DNA from: Gemmatimonadota bacterium
GTDB taxonomy: Bacteria > Gemmatimonadota > Gemmatimonadetes > Longimicrobiales > Gaopeijiaceae
DNA length: 64,000 nt
Direction of reading: 5' to 3'
NCBI GenBank assembly: GCA_034521595.1
Contig: JAXHMG010000003.1
Span: 2,368,001-2,432,000, forward strand
Below are positions 50,941-60,916 of the stretch, piece by piece. How positions within the stretch are numbered: the first letter of the stretch is position 1; each line of letters opens with the position of its first letter. Under the pieces are notes generated by a model. It searched no databases. It had not been told where the DNA came from and saw only the letters and a program-made list of their open reading frames with translations. Position numbers and translations under genes: made by a program.

Positions 50941-53561
50941 TCGCTGTCCTCGTTCGTAACGGCGTTGCCCAGTTCGTAAAGGAGGTCGAGCGCCTCCTTG
51001 GGAGAAAGCGTGTCCGGATCCACCGCTCGCAGCCGTCGGAGCAGTGGATGCTCGACCTGAAACATCGAAAGCTGATCGGGTGGCGGCTCGGTGGCCGGTC
51101 GGCGTGTGCCGTGCCGGCCCAGACCCTCTCCTCCCCCACTATGTGTTCCCTCCAGCTCGGCGAGAAGTTCCCGGGCCCGGCCCACGATATCTTCCGGAAG
51201 CCCGGCCAGGCGAGCCACCTGGATTCCGTAGGAGCGATCGGCACCGCCCTCGGTCAGCCGCCGGAGAAAGACGATGTCGGTGCCCACTTCACGGACGGAC
51301 ACGTTCATGTTCTTGACACCCGGCAAGAGATCACCGAGCTGCGTGAGCTCGTGGTAGTGGGTGGCGAACACCGTCTTCGCTCCGATCCGCTCGTGGATGT
51401 GCTCGGTCACGGCCCACGCGATCGAAACCCCGTCGTAGGTGGAGGTTCCCCGCCCGATCTCGTCGAGCAACACGAGGCTGTGCTCCGTGGCCCCGTGCAC
51501 GATCGCGGCCGTTTCGCTCATCTCCACCATGAACGTCGACTGGCCCCGGGCAAGGTTGTCCGAGGCCCCGACGCGCGTGAAGACCCGGTCGACGAGCGGG
51601 AGCCGGGCACGGTCGGCCGGCACGAACGCCCCCATCTGTGCCATGAGCTGAATCAGGCCGACCTGGCGGAGGACGGTGCTCTTGCCGGCCATGTTCGGAC
51701 CGGTGAGGACGACGATCCAGCCATTCTCGCCCAGGAGGAGGTCGTTCGGAATGAACTCCTCGCGTGGCATCATGGTCTCGACCACGGGGTGTCGACCGCC
51801 CCGCACATCGAGGTCACCGTCCGTGTGGACCTCCGGTCGCACGTACCCCCTGCGAGCCGCCACGTGCGCGAAGTCGGCCAGCACATCGAGGGTCGCGATC
51901 CGAGTGGCGGATTCCTGAATCCGGGGAACCTCGCCGGCGAGGCGCTCCCTCAACTCGACGAACAGTGACGCCTCGACCTGCCCGATCCGGTCCTCCGCCC
52001 CGAAAACCTTCTCCTCCCACTCCTTGAGCTCGGGCGTGAAGTAACGCTCCCCGTTCGCGAGCGTCTGCTTCCGCACGTAGTCGTCGGGCACCTTGTCGAG
52101 GTTCGCCCGCGTGACCTCCAGGTAGTAGCCGAACACCTTGTTGAAGCCGACCTTGAGCGAGCCGATGCCGGTACGCTCGCGCTCCCGCGCCTGAAGCTGG
52201 GCAATGAAGTCCCGCGCCCCGTCACGCACCGACCGGAGCTCGTCGAGCTCTTCCGACCAACCCGGCCGCATGACTCCGCCCTCCTGGAGCGTCGCCGGTG
52301 GATCGTCGGAAACCGCCGCCCCCAGCAGGTCGCACAGGTCGCTCAACCCATCGAAGTCGGCCATCAGCTCCAACAACAAATCGGACTCCACCCCCTCCAA
52401 AGCTCCCCGCACCGCCGGGAGCCGCTCGAGAGACCTGCGGAGCCCGGCGAGGTCGCGCGGGCCGACCCGAAGCGTACCGAGCTTGCCGGCCAGCCGCTCG
52501 AGGTCGCTCACCCCGGCCAAAGCCCCACGAAGGGCCTCTCGGGTCTCCGGGCGCTCGGTGAGCTCGCGCACCGCATCCTGCCGTGCCCAGACCGCATCCG
52601 CGACCACGAGAGGCTCGAGCACCCACCGCCTCAGCATCCGTCCCCCCATGGCGGTCACGGTCTCGTCCAGCACGTCCAGGAGGGTTCCCCCTTCCTCGCC
52701 GGCTCGGAGCGGATCCGTGAGCTCGAGGTTGCGACGGGTCATGTCGTCCAGGAGCATGCCGGCGCCCGGCCGCAGGATGCGCACGGGACGCAAGTGGGAG
52801 ATCCCCGATGGACGGATCTCCCTCAGGTACTGCACCAAGGCTCCTGTCGCCCGTACGAGGACGGCATCGGCCGCCTGGAAGCCGAAGCCGTCGAGAGACC
52901 GGACTCCGTATGCGTCGGTCAACGCCTCCGTGCACACGTCGTGCTCGAACATCCAGTCGTCGCGGTAGGTGCGCGGCGCCACGGACCGCGGGCCTTCGAA
53001 CGTCAACGCCGGATCGGCTTCCAGCGAGCGGGGCACGAGCAGCTCCGACGCGTCGAGGCGGGCGAGCTCGGCGTCCAGCTCGTCCGGGGCCACCCTACGG
53101 ACCGACAGCTCGCCCGTCGATACGTCGAGCGCCGCGAGCCCGTATCCCTTCGCTTCCTCGCCGACGACGGCAACCAGAAAGTTGTTGCGGCGGTCCGTGA
53201 GCAACGAATCGGACAGGACCGTGCCGGGCGTGACCGTCTCGGTCACCTCCCGACGCACGATCCCCTGCGCCTCCGCCGCATCTTCCACCTGGTCACAGAT
53301 CGCGACCCGCTTGCCCATGCGCACCAACCGGGCGAGGTAGTCGTCGAGCGCCTTGGCGGGCACTCCCGCGAGCGCCACCCGAGCCGCCGCCCCGTTGTTG
53401 CGGGAGGTCAAGGTGAGACCGAGGAGACGTGCCCCCTCCTCGGCGTCCTCGTTGAACAACTCGAAGAAATCGCCTACCCTGAAGAAGACGAGCGCGTCCC
53501 GGTGCCGCGATTTGGCTTCGCGCCACTGCTGCATCAGGGGGGTGTCGCCGGAAGAAGACAT
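50937..53561 (-). CDS. mutS: DNA mismatch repair protein MutS
   Basis: TPLMQQ, GDFFELF, GPNMAGKST, STFMVEM, DEIGRGT, ATHYHEL. Confidence 0.97.
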   Translation of the reverse strand: MSSSGDTPLMQQWREAKSRHRDALVFFRVGDFFELFNEDAEEGARLLGLTLTSRNNGAAARVALAGVPAKALDDYLARLVRMGKRVAICDQVEDAAEAQGIVRREVTETVTPGTVLSDSLLTDRRNNFLVAVVGEEAKGYGLAALDVSTGELSVRRVAPDELDAELARLDASELLVPRSLEADPALTFEGPRSVAPRTYRDDWMFEHDVCTEALTDAYGVRSLDGFGFQAADAVLVRATGALVQYLREIRPSGISHLRPVRILRPGAGMLLDDMTRRNLELTDPLRAGEEGGTLLDVLDETVTAMGGRMLRRWVLEPLVVADAVWARQDAVRELTERPETREALRGALAGVSDLERLAGKLGTLRVGPRDLAGLRRSLERLPAVRGALEGVESDLLLELMADFDGLSDLCDLLGAAVSDDPPATLQEGGVMRPGWSEELDELRSVRDGARDFIAQLQARERERTGIGSLKVGFNKVFGYYLEVTRANLDKVPDDYVRKQTLANGERYFTPELKEWEEKVFGAEDRIGQVEASLFVELRERLAGEVPRIQESATRIATLDVLADFAHVAARRGYVRPEVHTDGDLDVRGGRHPVVETMMPREEFIPNDLLLGENGWIVVLTGPNMAGKSTVLRQVGLIQLMAQMGAFVPADRARLPLVDRVFTRVGASDNLARGQSTFMVEMSETAAIVHGATEHSLVLLDEIGRGTSTYDGVSIAWAVTEHIHERIGAKTVFATHYHELTQLGDLLPGVKNMNVSVREVGTDIVFLRRLTEGGADRSYGIQVARLAGLPEDIVGRARELLAELEGTHSGGGEGLGRHGTRRPATEPPPDQLSMFQVEHPLLRRLRAVDPDTLSPKEALDLLYELGNAVTNEDSE

Positions 53562-53595
53562 GCGGAAAGCTACGAATCTCCAGGAGTCAGTCGAT

Positions 53596-53997
53596 ATGTC
53601 CGACGCACTGAGCTACGGGTTCAAGAAGAAGGTGGATGGATCAATCGACGCCGTCGAGATGCGTGTCGAAGAAGCCCTCGGGACGGAGGGCTTCGGGGTA
53701 CTCACCCGCATCGACGTCGCGGGAACTCTAAGAAAGAAGCTGGACCTGGACTTCAAGGAGTACCGCATCCTCGGGGCCTGCAATCCCGCGCTCGCCCACC
53801 GCGCGCTCACGCAGGAGGAGGACATCGGGTTGCTCCTGCCCTGCAACGTGATCGTGTACACGGACGACGAAGCCGGGAAGTGCGCGGTAGCCGTCCTCGA
53901 CCCCGTGCAGCAACTCGCCGTCTCGGGCCGTGACGACCTGGGGCCGCTGGCCGAAGAGGTGCGCGACCGCATGAAGCGGGCACTCGACCAGGTCTGA
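53596..53997 (+). CDS. DUF302 domain protein
   Basis: GFGVLTRID, YRILGACNP, IGLLLPCNV. Confidence 0.88.
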   Translation: MSDALSYGFKKKVDGSIDAVEMRVEEALGTEGFGVLTRIDVAGTLRKKLDLDFKEYRILGACNPALAHRALTQEEDIGLLLPCNVIVYTDDEAGKCAVAVLDPVQQLAVSGRDDLGPLAEEVRDRMKRALDQV

Positions 53998-54061
53998 CGG
54001 CCCGGCTCGACGCCCGCCGCGACTGCTCCCCGGTCCCGGTCGGGACGCGGAAGGGCGGGCC

Positions 54062-54832
54062 TCAGCCCGAAGGGGATCGTTCCGGTCGCTCGTCCCGGAC
54101 CACTGCGCCCTGCAATCCCTCGCGGGCGAGCCGGTCGAACACCTCCTGCGCGCCCGCTCGCTCGGCGAACGACCCGATACGAACATGGAGCAACGGGCTC
54201 CCCTCGACGCGGACGAGGCGAACGTCGAAGCCGGCCTCCGTCGCGTCGGCGCGCACCGCCCGAGCCCGCTCGGGCTCACTGAACGCCCCGAGCTGCACCG
54301 AGAACGGGCCTTCGGTTCCCGGCGCGGATTCCCCGGCGGAGCCCTCGTCTTCAGTGGAAGACCGCGCTTCCGCCCGGGTGCCCACCGTCGGGGCGTCACC
54401 CGCGTCGCGGAGCCACTCCTCGGCGGCGCGGGTCACGGACGACCGGGGGTAGTCCCTCAGGAGCGCGTCCACGTGCACCCGTGCCTGCTCGCCGTCCCCC
54501 AGGGCGTGAGCGGCCTGTGCGAGCCGCAACAAAGCCCGGTCGGTAAAGGGACCACCCGGATACAACACGACCAGGCGCTGATAGTCCCGTAGCGCCTCTT
54601 CCGGGTCCACCGTCAAACGTGCCCGCAGCCACAGCGCGCGCTGCCGCTCCTCCCGTCCCACCTCGTCGTAGCGCTCGTCCCACCACGCCACGAGCTCGGC
54701 CCGGGCCTCGCTCGTTCGCCCTGAGCTCGCCAACCGCTCGAGCGCGGAGAGCTCGCCTTCCTGGGCATGCGCCGGACGGACGACACCGCTCACGGCGAGG
54801 ACCGCGAACACGCCGACGCACCACCCCCGCAT
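54062..54832 (-). CDS. Secreted TPR-like plus SPOR domain protein
   Basis: Signal peptide, helical YP..S repeats, SPOR VQLGAFS...VRIG.F. Confidence 0.82.
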   Translation of the reverse strand: MRGWCVGVFAVLAVSGVVRPAHAQEGELSALERLASSGRTSEARAELVAWWDERYDEVGREERQRALWLRARLTVDPEEALRDYQRLVVLYPGGPFTDRALLRLAQAAHALGDGEQARVHVDALLRDYPRSSVTRAAEEWLRDAGDAPTVGTRAEARSSTEDEGSAGESAPGTEGPFSVQLGAFSEPERARAVRADATEAGFDVRLVRVEGSPLLHVRIGSFAERAGAQEVFDRLAREGLQGAVVRDERPERSPSG

Positions 54833-55839
54833 CAGGCGGCCTCCTGCCGAACACGCATCCCCAGGAGCCACGTTTCCAGGAAGTGCTCGTCTTCGTGTGA
54901 GCTCGCCTTGAGCAATCGGTCGACCTCCCTGAGGTCGAGCAGGGCTCGGTCGAGGTCGTCGCGCGACCAGCCTCGAGCCTGAGGCACGACGTTCTTCGCG
55001 AGCCAACGCTGGTAGGGGGGCAAGGCCTTCTCGAGGCCCTCTCGCCCCGATTCCAGCACGACCCCGATCCGAAGAAGGTGCGTCGCAAGGCCGATCACGA
55101 GCCCGACGCCCGTTTCACCCTGGATGAACAACGCTCCGAGCGACGCGCGTGCTTCGTCGAATCGTCGATTCCCCACGAGGTCGAACCACTTCCATCGGTC
55201 CTGGCTCGGCACCCGAGTGCCGACCGCTCGGACGTCCTCGACCGTGACACGCTTTTTCTCGCCCACGAACTCCGTGAGCTTGTCGACCTCGCGAGCGAGC
55301 ACACCCAGATCGCTCCCGATCGCGGCACCCAGCGCCCGGGCCGCCTCGATCTCGAAATCCACACCGTGCACTTCCCGCGCCCGCGTAACGACCCACCCCG
55401 GGAGATCGGCGTCCGACACGGCCGGAAACTCTTTGGCCCGGGGAAGCTTGGCGAGCTCCTTGTAGATCTTCGCCTTCGACCGCGAGGGGACGGTGCAGCT
55501 CATGAGCAACGCGAGTCCCTCGGGTGGAGATCTCACGACTTCGAGAAGGGCGTCGCGAGTGTGCTTGCTCCCCGCCAACTTCTCCACTTCCCTCAGGACG
55601 ACGACGCGCCACGTCGCCATCATCGGAGGGGTGGCGAGGATCGACGCGAGGGTTTCAGCGTCTACTTCCGCGCCGTTCAGGTGGTCGACGTTGAAGTCCC
55701 GGGTCGCGGGGTCGGCGTGCAGCTCGATGAGGTCTCGGAGGGCCTCTTCCTTGCGGAAGTGATCCTCACCGTGGAGGTAGAAAGCGCCGCCCGCAGCCTC
55801 AGTCGCGATCAAAGCCGACCCGGCGCAGACCACCCTCAC
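54832..55839 (-). CDS. holA: DNA polymerase III subunit delta
   Basis: YLHGED, DFN, PMMA..RVVV, EVDKL, DRLLK; start uncertain. Confidence 0.85.
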   Translation of the reverse strand: MRVVCAGSALIATEAAGGAFYLHGEDHFRKEEALRDLIELHADPATRDFNVDHLNGAEVDAETLASILATPPMMATWRVVVLREVEKLAGSKHTRDALLEVVRSPPEGLALLMSCTVPSRSKAKIYKELAKLPRAKEFPAVSDADLPGWVVTRAREVHGVDFEIEAARALGAAIGSDLGVLAREVDKLTEFVGEKKRVTVEDVRAVGTRVPSQDRWKWFDLVGNRRFDEARASLGALFIQGETGVGLVIGLATHLLRIGVVLESGREGLEKALPPYQRWLAKNVVPQARGWSRDDLDRALLDLREVDRLLKASSHEDEHFLETWLLGMRVRQEAA

Positions 55840-56344
55840 GGGCGTAACGCTTGGAAAGCCGCGTGTACTCGTAGAGCCGGGCGTCGTCCCACAGGCCTCG
55901 GTCCCATCCCCCGAAGGCCACCGCGGACGCGAAGCCCCTCGCCGTGCGCGTGGCGGTGGCGGGCCGGTTCACCTGATCCACCACGATGGGGGCCACGTCG
56001 ACCACCGGAGGCTCCTCCTGCAAGAGGGGAGACCAGGCCACGACGGTCAGTAGCACAGCCAAGCCGAGGACCGTCAGGGCGGGGGTCGCCGACCCGGAGG
56101 TGTCCACCAACGCCTGCCGGTCGTCCACGTGGAAGAGACGGTGCCGGAGACGAGGCTGGAAGTCGTCCGCCAGCTCGGGCTCGGGCAAGGATCGCAACAG
56201 GGACGTTCCTTGCTCGTAAACTTCCTTGTACCGGCGGCACGAAGCGCACTCGCGAAGGTGGGCATCCATGAGCGCGGTTTCCCGTGCGGAGGCGGACCCG
56301 TCGAAGTAATCGGACGAGCGTGCCACGAAGTCTGTACAGTTCAT
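55799..56344 (-). CDS. Zinc-binding (ZAS) transmembrane anti-sigma factor
   Basis: HLRECASC (HxxxCxxC), single TM, downstream of an ECF sigma. Confidence 0.85.
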   Translation of the reverse strand: MNCTDFVARSSDYFDGSASARETALMDAHLRECASCRRYKEVYEQGTSLLRSLPEPELADDFQPRLRHRLFHVDDRQALVDTSGSATPALTVLGLAVLLTVVAWSPLLQEEPPVVDVAPIVVDQVNRPATATRTARGFASAVAFGGWDRGLWDDARLYEYTRLSKRYAREGGLRRVGFDRD

Positions 56345-56406
56345 AGGTCCTGAGATCATCGATTCCAGGATGTCACGTTCTCGCGAAGCGAGCCGTCGGG
56401 TCCCTC

Positions 56407-56461
56407 ATACTGCCACCATCACGGCGGGGTTCCACACACGTCGGCCCCGCCGGAAGGTTCC
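56407..56461 (-). promoter_or_regulatory. Tandem ECF-type promoters upstream of the anti-sigma gene
   Basis: GGAAC-N16-CGTG (56461-56437) and GGAAC-N17-AGTA (56433-56408). Confidence 0.5.
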
Positions 56462-56509
56462 GGCGGGGCCGTGCGCCCACTCGGGCCGCTCGGGGAAACC
56501 GACAGGAGG

Positions 56510-57160
56510 TCAGTCGATCATGGGCGCGATGATGTGCGCGAAGTTGTTCCTTGCTCGGTTCAAGCGACTCTTCACCGTACCCAGGTTGCAGTCCGTGATG
56601 TCGGCGATCTCCTCGTACGTCTTCCCCTCCATCTCGCGTAGGACGAAGACGATCCGGTGGTGCTCGGGAAGCTGCTCGACCGCCTGTTCGACCTTCTCAC
56701 GGAGATGACGCTTCCGGAAGAGGTCGTCCGGCTTGTACTGCGTGTCCTCCCATTCCAGGGGCCGGTGATCGGCATCCCAGTTCTTCTTGAGCGTCTGGAA
56801 CAGGACCAGGGGATTCCGCGACCGGTTCCGGAGCTCGTTCTTCGCCAGGTTGCTGGCGATCGTGTAGATCCACGTCGAAAACTTCTTCGACTGGTCGAAC
56901 CGGTGTAGATGCCGGTATACCCGGACGAAGGTCTCCTGGACGAGGTCCTGAGCGCGCTCCCGGTCTCCGATGGTACGGTACACGAAGTTCAGGAGCCTCT
57001 GGTCATACCGGGTGACCAACTCACCGAAGGCTCGTGAGTCCCCGTCGAGGGACGCCTGGACGACTTCGGAATCGGTCAGCTCGCCGAGGTGCGTGCGGTG
57101 CGCCCTGGCTTCACTGAGCTCGATCCCTTCTCGTTTGTCTGCTGCCTCTGTCCTGGCCAC
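56510..57160 (-). CDS. ECF RNA polymerase sigma factor (RpoE/SigW-like)
   Basis: AQDLVQETF, FSTWIYTIA.N, YEEIA, GTVKSRLNRAR; GTG start with GAGGAGG. Confidence 0.93.
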   Translation of the reverse strand: MARTEAADKREGIELSEARAHRTHLGELTDSEVVQASLDGDSRAFGELVTRYDQRLLNFVYRTIGDRERAQDLVQETFVRVYRHLHRFDQSKKFSTWIYTIASNLAKNELRNRSRNPLVLFQTLKKNWDADHRPLEWEDTQYKPDDLFRKRHLREKVEQAVEQLPEHHRIVFVLREMEGKTYEEIADITDCNLGTVKSRLNRARNNFAHIIAPMID

Positions 57161-57225
57161 GTGTACCTCCTCGTTCGCGGCGACTGCCGATCTGGCGGAA
57201 CCGGCGCTTCCTCGCCTACATAAGA

Positions 57226-57242
57226 TGCAGAGGTCGTGCCAT
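57226..57242 (-). promoter_or_regulatory. sigma54 promoter of the ECF sigma gene
   Basis: ATGGCACGACCTCTGCA, near-consensus -24/-12. Confidence 0.8.
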
Positions 57243-57352
57243 CCCTGAAATCCGTAATTTTACGGGGATCCCGGCCCGCAACGTCCTATTCATGTGACGT
57301 TCGAGCACTCCAAATCAGGACACCGCCCGCGGACGGCCACGCCCTCATTCTC

Positions 57353-58738
57353 CTAATCCGCCGCGGCCCGACCGAGTTCCGGACGCACCACCTCCACCGG
57401 CCCCACGTCGAGCGCCTCGAGCGGGCCCTGGACCTCCGCGGCGTCGCCCACGACAACCACCTGGGCCTCGCGGGGCCTCAGGTGGCGTGCGAGCGCCGCA
57501 GCCGTTCGCTCCACCGTGACGGCACGCACGTTGTCCCGGTAGTCGTGAAAGTATCGCTCATCCAACCCGAACACGACGATGTGCGCGAGACGCGCAGCGA
57601 TCTGATCCACGGTCTCGATCTGAAGGCCGAAGATCCCGGCCGCGAAATCCCGTGTGGACGCGACTTCCTCGGACGTGGGCCCCTCTTCGACGAGCGCTTC
57701 CATCTCCCTCAGGATCTCGCGGACGGCCGGGGCCGTCACCTCGTTCGAAACCGCCGTGGATACCTCGAACGGTCCCGGTCTGCTCCGGAACGAGTAACGT
57801 GAGCGCACACCGTAGGTAAAACCGTTGCGCTCGCGGAGGTTCAAGTTCAGGCGGCTCGTGAACGTGCCGCCGAGGAGCATGTTCCCGACGAAGAGAGGAA
57901 AGTAGTCCTCCGTGTCCCGCGCGGTCCCAACATGTCCCACGCGGACTTCGGACTGGACCGACCCGGGACGGTCGACCAGCCAGATCTTCCGTTCGCGTGT
58001 CGCCGGAACCGCTTCGAACGGCGTCCCTTCCCCCGGCACACCGCTCCAGGACCCGAGGTGCCGCTCGGCCAGCGCGGTCACCTCCGACGGGTCGACATCA
58101 CCGGCCACGACCAGACCGCCATGCCGCCCCGGTCGATACGCCGCTTCGGCATATCCCAGGAGCGATGCCCGGCTGAGCGACGAGACCGAGGCTTCGGTCC
58201 CGTGCACCGGCCGTGCGTAGGGAGTCGCCTCCTGGAAATAGCGTCGCAGCGCCCGGTCGCTCGCCAACGACCCCGGATCCATGGCCCTCTGCCGGATCGT
58301 GGCCAGCCGCTGATTCCGCACCCGCTCGACTTCGGATGCCGGGAAGTCCGGTTCGAGCACGATCTCCGCGAGCAGCGGGAACGCCTCTTCCAGCCGGTCC
58401 GCGAGACACGTGAGCGATACGGTCGTTCCTTCCCAACCGGCAAAGGCGGACACACGCACGCCCAAACGTTCCAGCGCCTCGGCGAGGTCGCCCCCGCCAC
58501 GCCGGCGGGTGCCCCCGTCCAGCGCGTCGGCCGCGAGCACCGCGAGACCCGCGCGCTCCTCGGGGATGTCCTGCTCCCCGCCACGCATGAACAAGTCGAC
58601 GCTCACCAGCGGAAGGCGCGCGACGCGCGCGACGCGCACATCCAGGCCGTTTCCGAGCGTGAAGCGCTCGGTGTCCGGGAAGTCGAAATCGCGCATCGGC
58701 CCGGGCGCTGGCCGTCGGGAACGATCGAGCGTCGTCAT
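57353..58738 (-). CDS. M16 peptidase family subunit lacking HxxEH
   Basis: LGNGL, DRPGSVQS, SRLNLNLRE..G.TY. Confidence 0.88.
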   Translation of the reverse strand: MTTLDRSRRPAPGPMRDFDFPDTERFTLGNGLDVRVARVARLPLVSVDLFMRGGEQDIPEERAGLAVLAADALDGGTRRRGGGDLAEALERLGVRVSAFAGWEGTTVSLTCLADRLEEAFPLLAEIVLEPDFPASEVERVRNQRLATIRQRAMDPGSLASDRALRRYFQEATPYARPVHGTEASVSSLSRASLLGYAEAAYRPGRHGGLVVAGDVDPSEVTALAERHLGSWSGVPGEGTPFEAVPATRERKIWLVDRPGSVQSEVRVGHVGTARDTEDYFPLFVGNMLLGGTFTSRLNLNLRERNGFTYGVRSRYSFRSRPGPFEVSTAVSNEVTAPAVREILREMEALVEEGPTSEEVASTRDFAAGIFGLQIETVDQIAARLAHIVVFGLDERYFHDYRDNVRAVTVERTAAALARHLRPREAQVVVVGDAAEVQGPLEALDVGPVEVVRPELGRAAAD

Positions 58739-60012
58739 CGGTCTTCTCCCGGTCGGTAGGTCACGACCGCGCGGTTGTTCGGCCCCAACCGCTCGGCGGC
58801 GAATGTCCTGACTGCCTCGATCGAGACGTCACGGAAGCGGTCCAGCTCACGGTTGATCCGCTCGGGGTCGTCGAAGTAGAGCTCGAACATCGCCAGGCGG
58901 TCGGCCCGCTCCGACACGTGCTCGAGTGAGGTGACGAGGTCTGCCTCGGTCAGCGCGACGGCTCGCTCCACCTCCTCCGGTTCCGCGTCGACGAGCGCTT
59001 CGATCTCCTCTCCGAGCGCGGATTCCAGCTCGCCGGTCGTCGTCCCCGCATACCCGGTGGCCCAGACCAGCAACATCGACCCGCCGGTCAACAGCGGGAA
59101 GGGGAAGGAAACCACGCTCTTGGCGACCTTCCGCTCCCGCACGAGGCGACGGTAGAGGCGGGATGCCTTTCCCTGGCCGAGCAGCGCCCGCGCGACCTCG
59201 ACGGTGGTGAACTCCGGGGCGGAGTAGGGCGGAATCCGGAACGCCATGATCACTCTGGGGAGGGGCACGCCGGCCACCACGTCGTCCCGCACCGTGCCTC
59301 CGATGAGCGGCGCGAGGTCCGGGTTCCCGGGGAGCGGGGGCACCGGCTCACCGGGCTCGATCTCGCCGAAGTACCGACGGACCCTCTCGAGCGCCTCCGC
59401 GGACTCGAAGTCGCCCGCGAGAGCCAACACCGCGTTGTTCGGCCGGTAATAGGTTTCGAAGAAGCTCGCGACATCGTCGAGGCTCGCGGCCTCCAGGTCG
59501 GCCATGGATCCGATCACGGTATGGTGGTACGGGTGATCGGGCGGGAACACGAGCGATTGGAGGCGCTCGTCCCAGTCGCCGTACGGCTGGTTGTCGTAGC
59601 GTTGGCGCTTCTCGTTCTTCACGACGTCGCGCTGGTTGTCCAGCTTCTCCTGCGTCATCGCCGGGAGCATCCAGCCCATCCGGTCGGATTCCAGCCACAG
59701 CGCGAGATCCAGCTCGTGGGAAGGCAATGCCTCGAAGTAATTCGTCCGGTCGAACCAGGTCGTCGCGTTCAAGGTCCCGCCCGCACGCTCGACCAGCTCG
59801 AAGTGCTTGTTCTTCGGCACGTGGCTCGATCCCTGGAACATCATGTGCTCGAACAGGTGTGCGAAGCCGGTCTTTCCGGGAGCCTCGTTCCGGGATCCGA
59901 CGCCGTACCAGAGGTTGACGGCCACGACCGGCACGGTGCGATCCGGGGACAGCACGACCCTCAATCCGTTGTCCAGGCGGTAACGCTCAACGGGAAGCGA
60001 CAATCGACTCAC
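58735..60012 (-). CDS. M16 zinc peptidase, catalytic subunit
   Basis: GFAHLFEHMMF, NATT..DRTNY, YYRPNNA. Confidence 0.92.
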   Translation of the reverse strand: MSRLSLPVERYRLDNGLRVVLSPDRTVPVVAVNLWYGVGSRNEAPGKTGFAHLFEHMMFQGSSHVPKNKHFELVERAGGTLNATTWFDRTNYFEALPSHELDLALWLESDRMGWMLPAMTQEKLDNQRDVVKNEKRQRYDNQPYGDWDERLQSLVFPPDHPYHHTVIGSMADLEAASLDDVASFFETYYRPNNAVLALAGDFESAEALERVRRYFGEIEPGEPVPPLPGNPDLAPLIGGTVRDDVVAGVPLPRVIMAFRIPPYSAPEFTTVEVARALLGQGKASRLYRRLVRERKVAKSVVSFPFPLLTGGSMLLVWATGYAGTTTGELESALGEEIEALVDAEPEEVERAVALTEADLVTSLEHVSERADRLAMFELYFDDPERINRELDRFRDVSIEAVRTFAAERLGPNNRAVVTYRPGEDR

Positions 60013-60073
60013 GTGGGTCTCCTCCTTGGTTCGTGCGATCGGGAATCGGTGCGCCCGCGAAAAATGCGAAGCG

Positions 60074-60916
60074 TCAGGGCCTCTGGCTGAGCCGCGCGCG
60101 GAGGAACGACGGGGTCACGTCTTCGAGCAGCAGGGATCGCGCGGAGTCGGTGCCGGCGGCCAGTCGGTCTTCGACCGCCGTGACGATCGGCACGTCGCCT
60201 TCCGCAGCACGCATCCGTGCCCGTTCGAGCATCTCGTACGCGGCGTCCTCTCGTTCGGTCGCCGCCGCCGCCAACGCAGCAGCGAGCTGCGCCTCCACGT
60301 CCTCGGCATCGAGCCGCGCGGCTTCCTCGAGCTCGCCGGCCCCCTCGTCGACTCGATCCGCCTCGATCAGCACGAGTCCGAAAACCGCCCGGGTCCAACC
60401 GTCGTCCGGATCGAGACGCACCGCGTCGGCGAGGGCGTCCGCCGCCTCGTCGAAGCGATCCTGAAACGCGTACAACACGCCCAACTCATACCGGACCTGC
60501 GGATCCTCCTCGTCCAGCGCGCTCGCGGCGCTCAGCTCGGCGAGCGCTTCGTCGAAGAGCCCCTCCCGCGTTAGATAGGCTCCGTACAACAGGCGGGTGA
60601 GCGCGACCTCCGGCGCGGTGATGGCCGCCACGCGGAGCGCCTGTTCCGCGTCGGGATCGTCGAACGCCGCGATGCCGTTGCCCACGGTCGCCAGCACGTA
60701 CGGATCTTCGGGATCGAGCGCCAGGGCCCTACGAAACCGCTCGTAAGCGATACCCTCGAGACCTAGCTCACGCTCCGCGACGCCGAGCCAGCAATGGACG
60801 GCCGGCTCGTCGTCGAATTCCTCGAGGTTCTCCACGAGGAGCTCCTGGGCGCTCGCCCAATCCCCCTCGTCCCCCAGTGTGAGAACGCGGGACAGAAGCG
60901 GCTGCAGCTCCATCAC
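60074..60916 (-). CDS. Tetratricopeptide repeat protein
   Basis: Repeated A..LDP.D helical pattern. Confidence 0.75.
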   Translation of the reverse strand: MMELQPLLSRVLTLGDEGDWASAQELLVENLEEFDDEPAVHCWLGVAERELGLEGIAYERFRRALALDPEDPYVLATVGNGIAAFDDPDAEQALRVAAITAPEVALTRLLYGAYLTREGLFDEALAELSAASALDEEDPQVRYELGVLYAFQDRFDEAADALADAVRLDPDDGWTRAVFGLVLIEADRVDEGAGELEEAARLDAEDVEAQLAAALAAAATEREDAAYEMLERARMRAAEGDVPIVTAVEDRLAAGTDSARSLLLEDVTPSFLRARLSQRP

